A DNA stretch of 64,000 nucleotides from Azolla caroliniana. Lineage: Eukaryota > Plantae > Polypodiophyta. The translations under genes were made by a program, and so were the position numbers. Of the stretch, positions 60,356 through 64,000 are shown one piece after another (the first letter of the stretch is position 1; each line of letters begins with the position of its first letter). Location: NCBI GenBank assembly GCA_043228905.1, contig JBHGNT010000005.1, forward strand, positions 3,038,001 to 3,102,000, written 5' to 3'. The notes below the pieces were generated by a model that was not told the DNA's origin, did not search any database, and was given only the letters and a program-made list of their open reading frames with translations.

Positions 60356-61524
60356 CTAGGCTTTAGTAGTATGATGGTAATTATGTTTATTCCAAAAGAC
60401 CACCTTCCTTGTCTTCATATTGAGAGTCTTCTCACGCTTCCATTTCAGGGGTCATCTTTCAATACAATCATGTCTGATGGGTCATATGAGCACTTCGGTT
60501 CATTTGTGAATATAAGATAAGTAATTCTAATTTGTGTCATATATCGTCTAGTGATGACGTGTATTTTGTTCATAGTAGTACTTTGCTACCTATAATCGAG
60601 CATAACCTTTTAATGCTTCCATAAAATATCACATATGATACCATGACAAAAGAGATGCACTTGCTCCCTTTGTCCAAATGAATTTCTAAGCCCATCTAAT
60701 AGCTTGTTCTGTTTAGGGCATTGCTTTCAACATATACATATTTGAGTGTCACCCTTGATCATACAGAGAGATTAGTGCTTGTGTTTTCGTCGAAATGTGC
60801 CCCAAGCATGATTTAACAAGATGCTCGCAACATAATAAAACGAGGGGAACTTACAAAAACACTCCTCGGCTTTATAAAACACCCAAAATACTATACACTC
60901 TAATTATCTCTTTCAACTTGAACTAATAATCCATCTCTCTTGCAAATCGAACAAAAGAAAAGAAGAAACATTCTCGACAAACTGCCCTGGAGATGTTATG
61001 TAACTTCGAATGTATCAATACAAAAAATACAAATACGGAGTTCGGACACGGAAAAAAAAGGAGTCTCAAATGAGATACATAAATTGTACACAAGGGGTGA
61101 GATTGTGGCGGAGGAATGATTAAATAGCAGTTTTATAAACCGCCAGCAATGCATACATTCACCCCTTCCCTTCCTTTCATGACAATATAAAGATACACAC
61201 CTTTTAGTGGTTAACGTGGCAATCCTGCAAATGATCCCCCACTTCAGATTTGAACCCGGATCGATTGACAGGGGAAGTAAAAGAAACCCGGCAAGACGGC
61301 AGGAAGCGCATAGCTCAAGCTTCTTCATCTCGAAAGTTCCGAGCAGTTATAATCTCTTCTTTCTGCTTCGTCACCCGCAAGCAGGCAGTGTTATTGTTGA
61401 CTCTCCGTGCCGTCATTTGCTACCTGTGCTTAATCGTACAAAGAGAAGCAGCGTTGATCAGGGCCATTGAAAGTTTGATGGAAAAACGTGAAATTGCACT
61501 CAATCAATTGTCATACAAAGACTC

Positions 61525-61978
61525 CAGATTCAGATATGTATATGCAAGAATATTTGATAGAAAAGCCTGAGTCCGCAAATAATCATGCAAAGATTTACCG
61601 GAAGAATGCTCAAGACAAGAAAATAGATGGAATTCTAGGAAAACCTGACAATGAAAACAAGTCAGAAGTATTGAATCTGTTAAAACAACTGCTTTTAATG
61701 ATGTACACAGCTAATCTGTTTTGAAGAGATTAGTGTACAGATTCATCTTTTATTTGAAGAGATTATTGTTCAGATATATGCAAGAATATTGGATAGAAAA
61801 GCCTAAGTCCACACATAATAATGCAAAGATTTACCAAAGAATGCTCAAGACAAGAAAATGGATGGAATTCGAGGAATACCTGATAGTGAAAACAAGTCAG
61901 AAGTATCAAATCTGTTAAAACGACTACTTTTAAGGACACGATGCAATTTTTTTCAAGAGATTAGTGTACAGCTTCATC
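61525..61978. repeat. ~238-bp diverged tandem duplication in an unclassified repeat-like region
   Basis: TTCAGATAT...ATGCAAGAATATT.GATAGAAAAGCCT...GAGATTAGTGTACAG.TTCATC occurs twice (~61529 and ~61768). Confidence 0.75.
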
Positions 61979-64000
61979 AGCTCCATTTAATTGAAATGAA
62001 ATTGGTGGATTTCGCCGCTGGATGAAACCTGAGATAAAACACGAATTTAAAGTTCTGAATCTGATGAACAGTAGCATTTAATAACATAGAAACTTTGACG
62101 AGACTAGTAGACTGATTACTTGAAACTGTAGAACAACTTTAAAGTACTGAAACTGGTAAGCAGACGTATTTAATGTTCTCAAAGCTTTGATGAGCCTAGT
62201 ACATATATTTATCAGGTCCATTTCAATGGAAAACTAAATGGCGGAAATCTATAGATGAATGCCTGAAGCTGACAAATTTGTATAGCGTCAGAGAGAAAAA
62301 TCAGGCATTTCTTTTCACATTCATTAAAGTATCAACATGTTAAGAGAAAGATGTAAGAACATCCAATCGAACATTTAGAAGACATGCAATGCGAAAAGCT
62401 TTATGAGGCCCAATGCCTTATTCAAAACTTGATGTTTCCATGACGTGTGTAGTTCCAGCTCATATTCAAGAACGTGGCAAAATGAGTAAGTATTGGATGA
62501 GGTTTTTGTGCCATGAATAGAGTGTGTGTTCTCATCGACATTATGGTTATGTGACTATCCTTCTGTTTGCACACTCTTTCTATTTTTCATGTATTAGTAG
62601 TTCTAGAGGTTTAACTCAAAGAAGTTTTGCTTCAAACTAATATATATGGAATGTTCTATTTATAGGTATGCTGTATTATTATTGCTTTATGGTGGGACTC
62701 CTATGGCTTACAGGTTTCTTTACTTAAAAGCAAACAGATTGATTTCGTAATTTTTGGAATGTCAACTAATTTATGGATTCTTTTGTAGGATTCGACACTA
62801 CAAACGTCCTTCACCTTGCTGAAGCAGGAACTTTATGTATTTTCTGATGTCTCTATCTCAATTTATCTTGCATGCGTATGCCAGTGAAATACAAAAACTA
62901 TGACCATCTTTTTCCTTTACTAGAAGGAAATTCATTGCTATGGTCAGGGGAAACTTAGCATCACTTTAAAGAATAGAGGAGGCAGCTTCAATGCATGATT
63001 GTTGAAACAAGAATAGCTTATGAATTATTTCACATGTTTAAGTGATACTCGAATGCACAACACTATAGTGACAATATATGCAAACAAAGATAGTATTTGA
63101 TTAAGTATTAACCACCATGTAGCTTGTGGAAGGATAGTACATGAAGACAAAAATATTTCATGGATTAGTGCATATGGAATCTCCTGTTGCTGTGAAATCC
63201 CTCTCGCAGTGATTAAACCTTAATCACGCACTTAATAGTCCAATGCACTTGTAGGAGGTGACTCTTGATAGACTCTCACATGCAAGGGTGATACATCTCT
63301 TTCTGGAATAGAAGAAGCTGAATAAAATGGAATTTTATTTTTGAAATGAGAGGTATGCATCGTGTGATTATAGGGAGGGTGCTGATATCAATTTATTTAA
63401 GGCACTGTTAAATTCAACTGTAGAAAGAAAGGTCTAACATCTATTAGATCAAGGGTCGAGTCTGTCTAAGATTGAATGTGGATGAGATATTCAAAAATTC
63501 TCATTTGCCTCATGGACTGTCATACTTTAATTGCACGAAATGTTCATAGTGTATTATTGGTGTTTTCAAGTTTATATTTTTCTGAAAGAAGAGTGTTTTA
63601 TTATGTGAGTCATGGTCCCAACTTCCAATAGGGAGAACTGAAAGAGAGATTCTAATTATTGTATGAATGGTGAGATAAATGGTTGTGAGCCACTACTCTT
63701 ACCAGGCCCTCAAGAGTATTTCTAATATAAATGACTCAATTTATGGTCCTAGAAAATGCGAGAGTAGTGCATTTCTTCATCCACTGGCTGTGTGAATCAA
63801 AAGGGAATTTGCATTTGGAACTTGTATTTGCTTTCCCTCTTATTAGGAATATACAACATTTAATGAAGATGCTATGACAGAAGTTCTCCTGTGGTCACTG
63901 ATTATAGCTCTTTCTACCATAAATATCAAGAGGATTTGACTTTTGAGAGAGATGTCTTCCTACATCCATGAATCAGTGAAACCTCAATAAGTTGAATATG

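Noticed and set aside
60996-61918. Cluster of 65-110 aa ORFs near the right end
   Set aside because: They overlap a tandem duplication, have no recognisable domain and give no consistent exon chain.

Overview
This is AT-rich eukaryotic nuclear DNA from a land plant; the transposon content suggests a seed-free lineage such as a fern or lycophyte, but that is inference only. There are no prokaryotic features (no operons, CRISPR or rRNA). I reconstructed six host genes by hand. (1) A TOM1-like VHS/GAT gene (-), which runs off the left edge and has a GC-AG first intron holding a decayed Ty1/copia element, plus a hAT MITE in a later intron. (2) A His-rich hybrid proline-rich protein (-). (3) An mTERF with an intronless CDS (-). 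(4) GINS subunit PSF3 (-), head-to-head with (5) LPA3/DUF1995 (+), which has a U12-type intron. (6) A dynein light chain LC8 (+). There is also an orphan cytosolic MDH exon next to telomere repeats. Intergenic DNA is dominated by non-LTR retrotransposons: one near-complete TSD-flanked 7.3-kb L1, many 5'-truncated L1 copies (several with TSDs, one with a twin-priming-type inversion, one self-nested) and an RTE/RTE-X-like fragment. The best leads are a 3'-terminal signature (TAACTAATG...Tn-G-An) shared by otherwise unrelated L1 3' ends, unannotated conserved domains in the L1 ORF1/ORF2 proteins, and a chain of exon-like segments that could link PSF3 to the mTERF in one transcript. All calls were made by eye and none were checked against a database.
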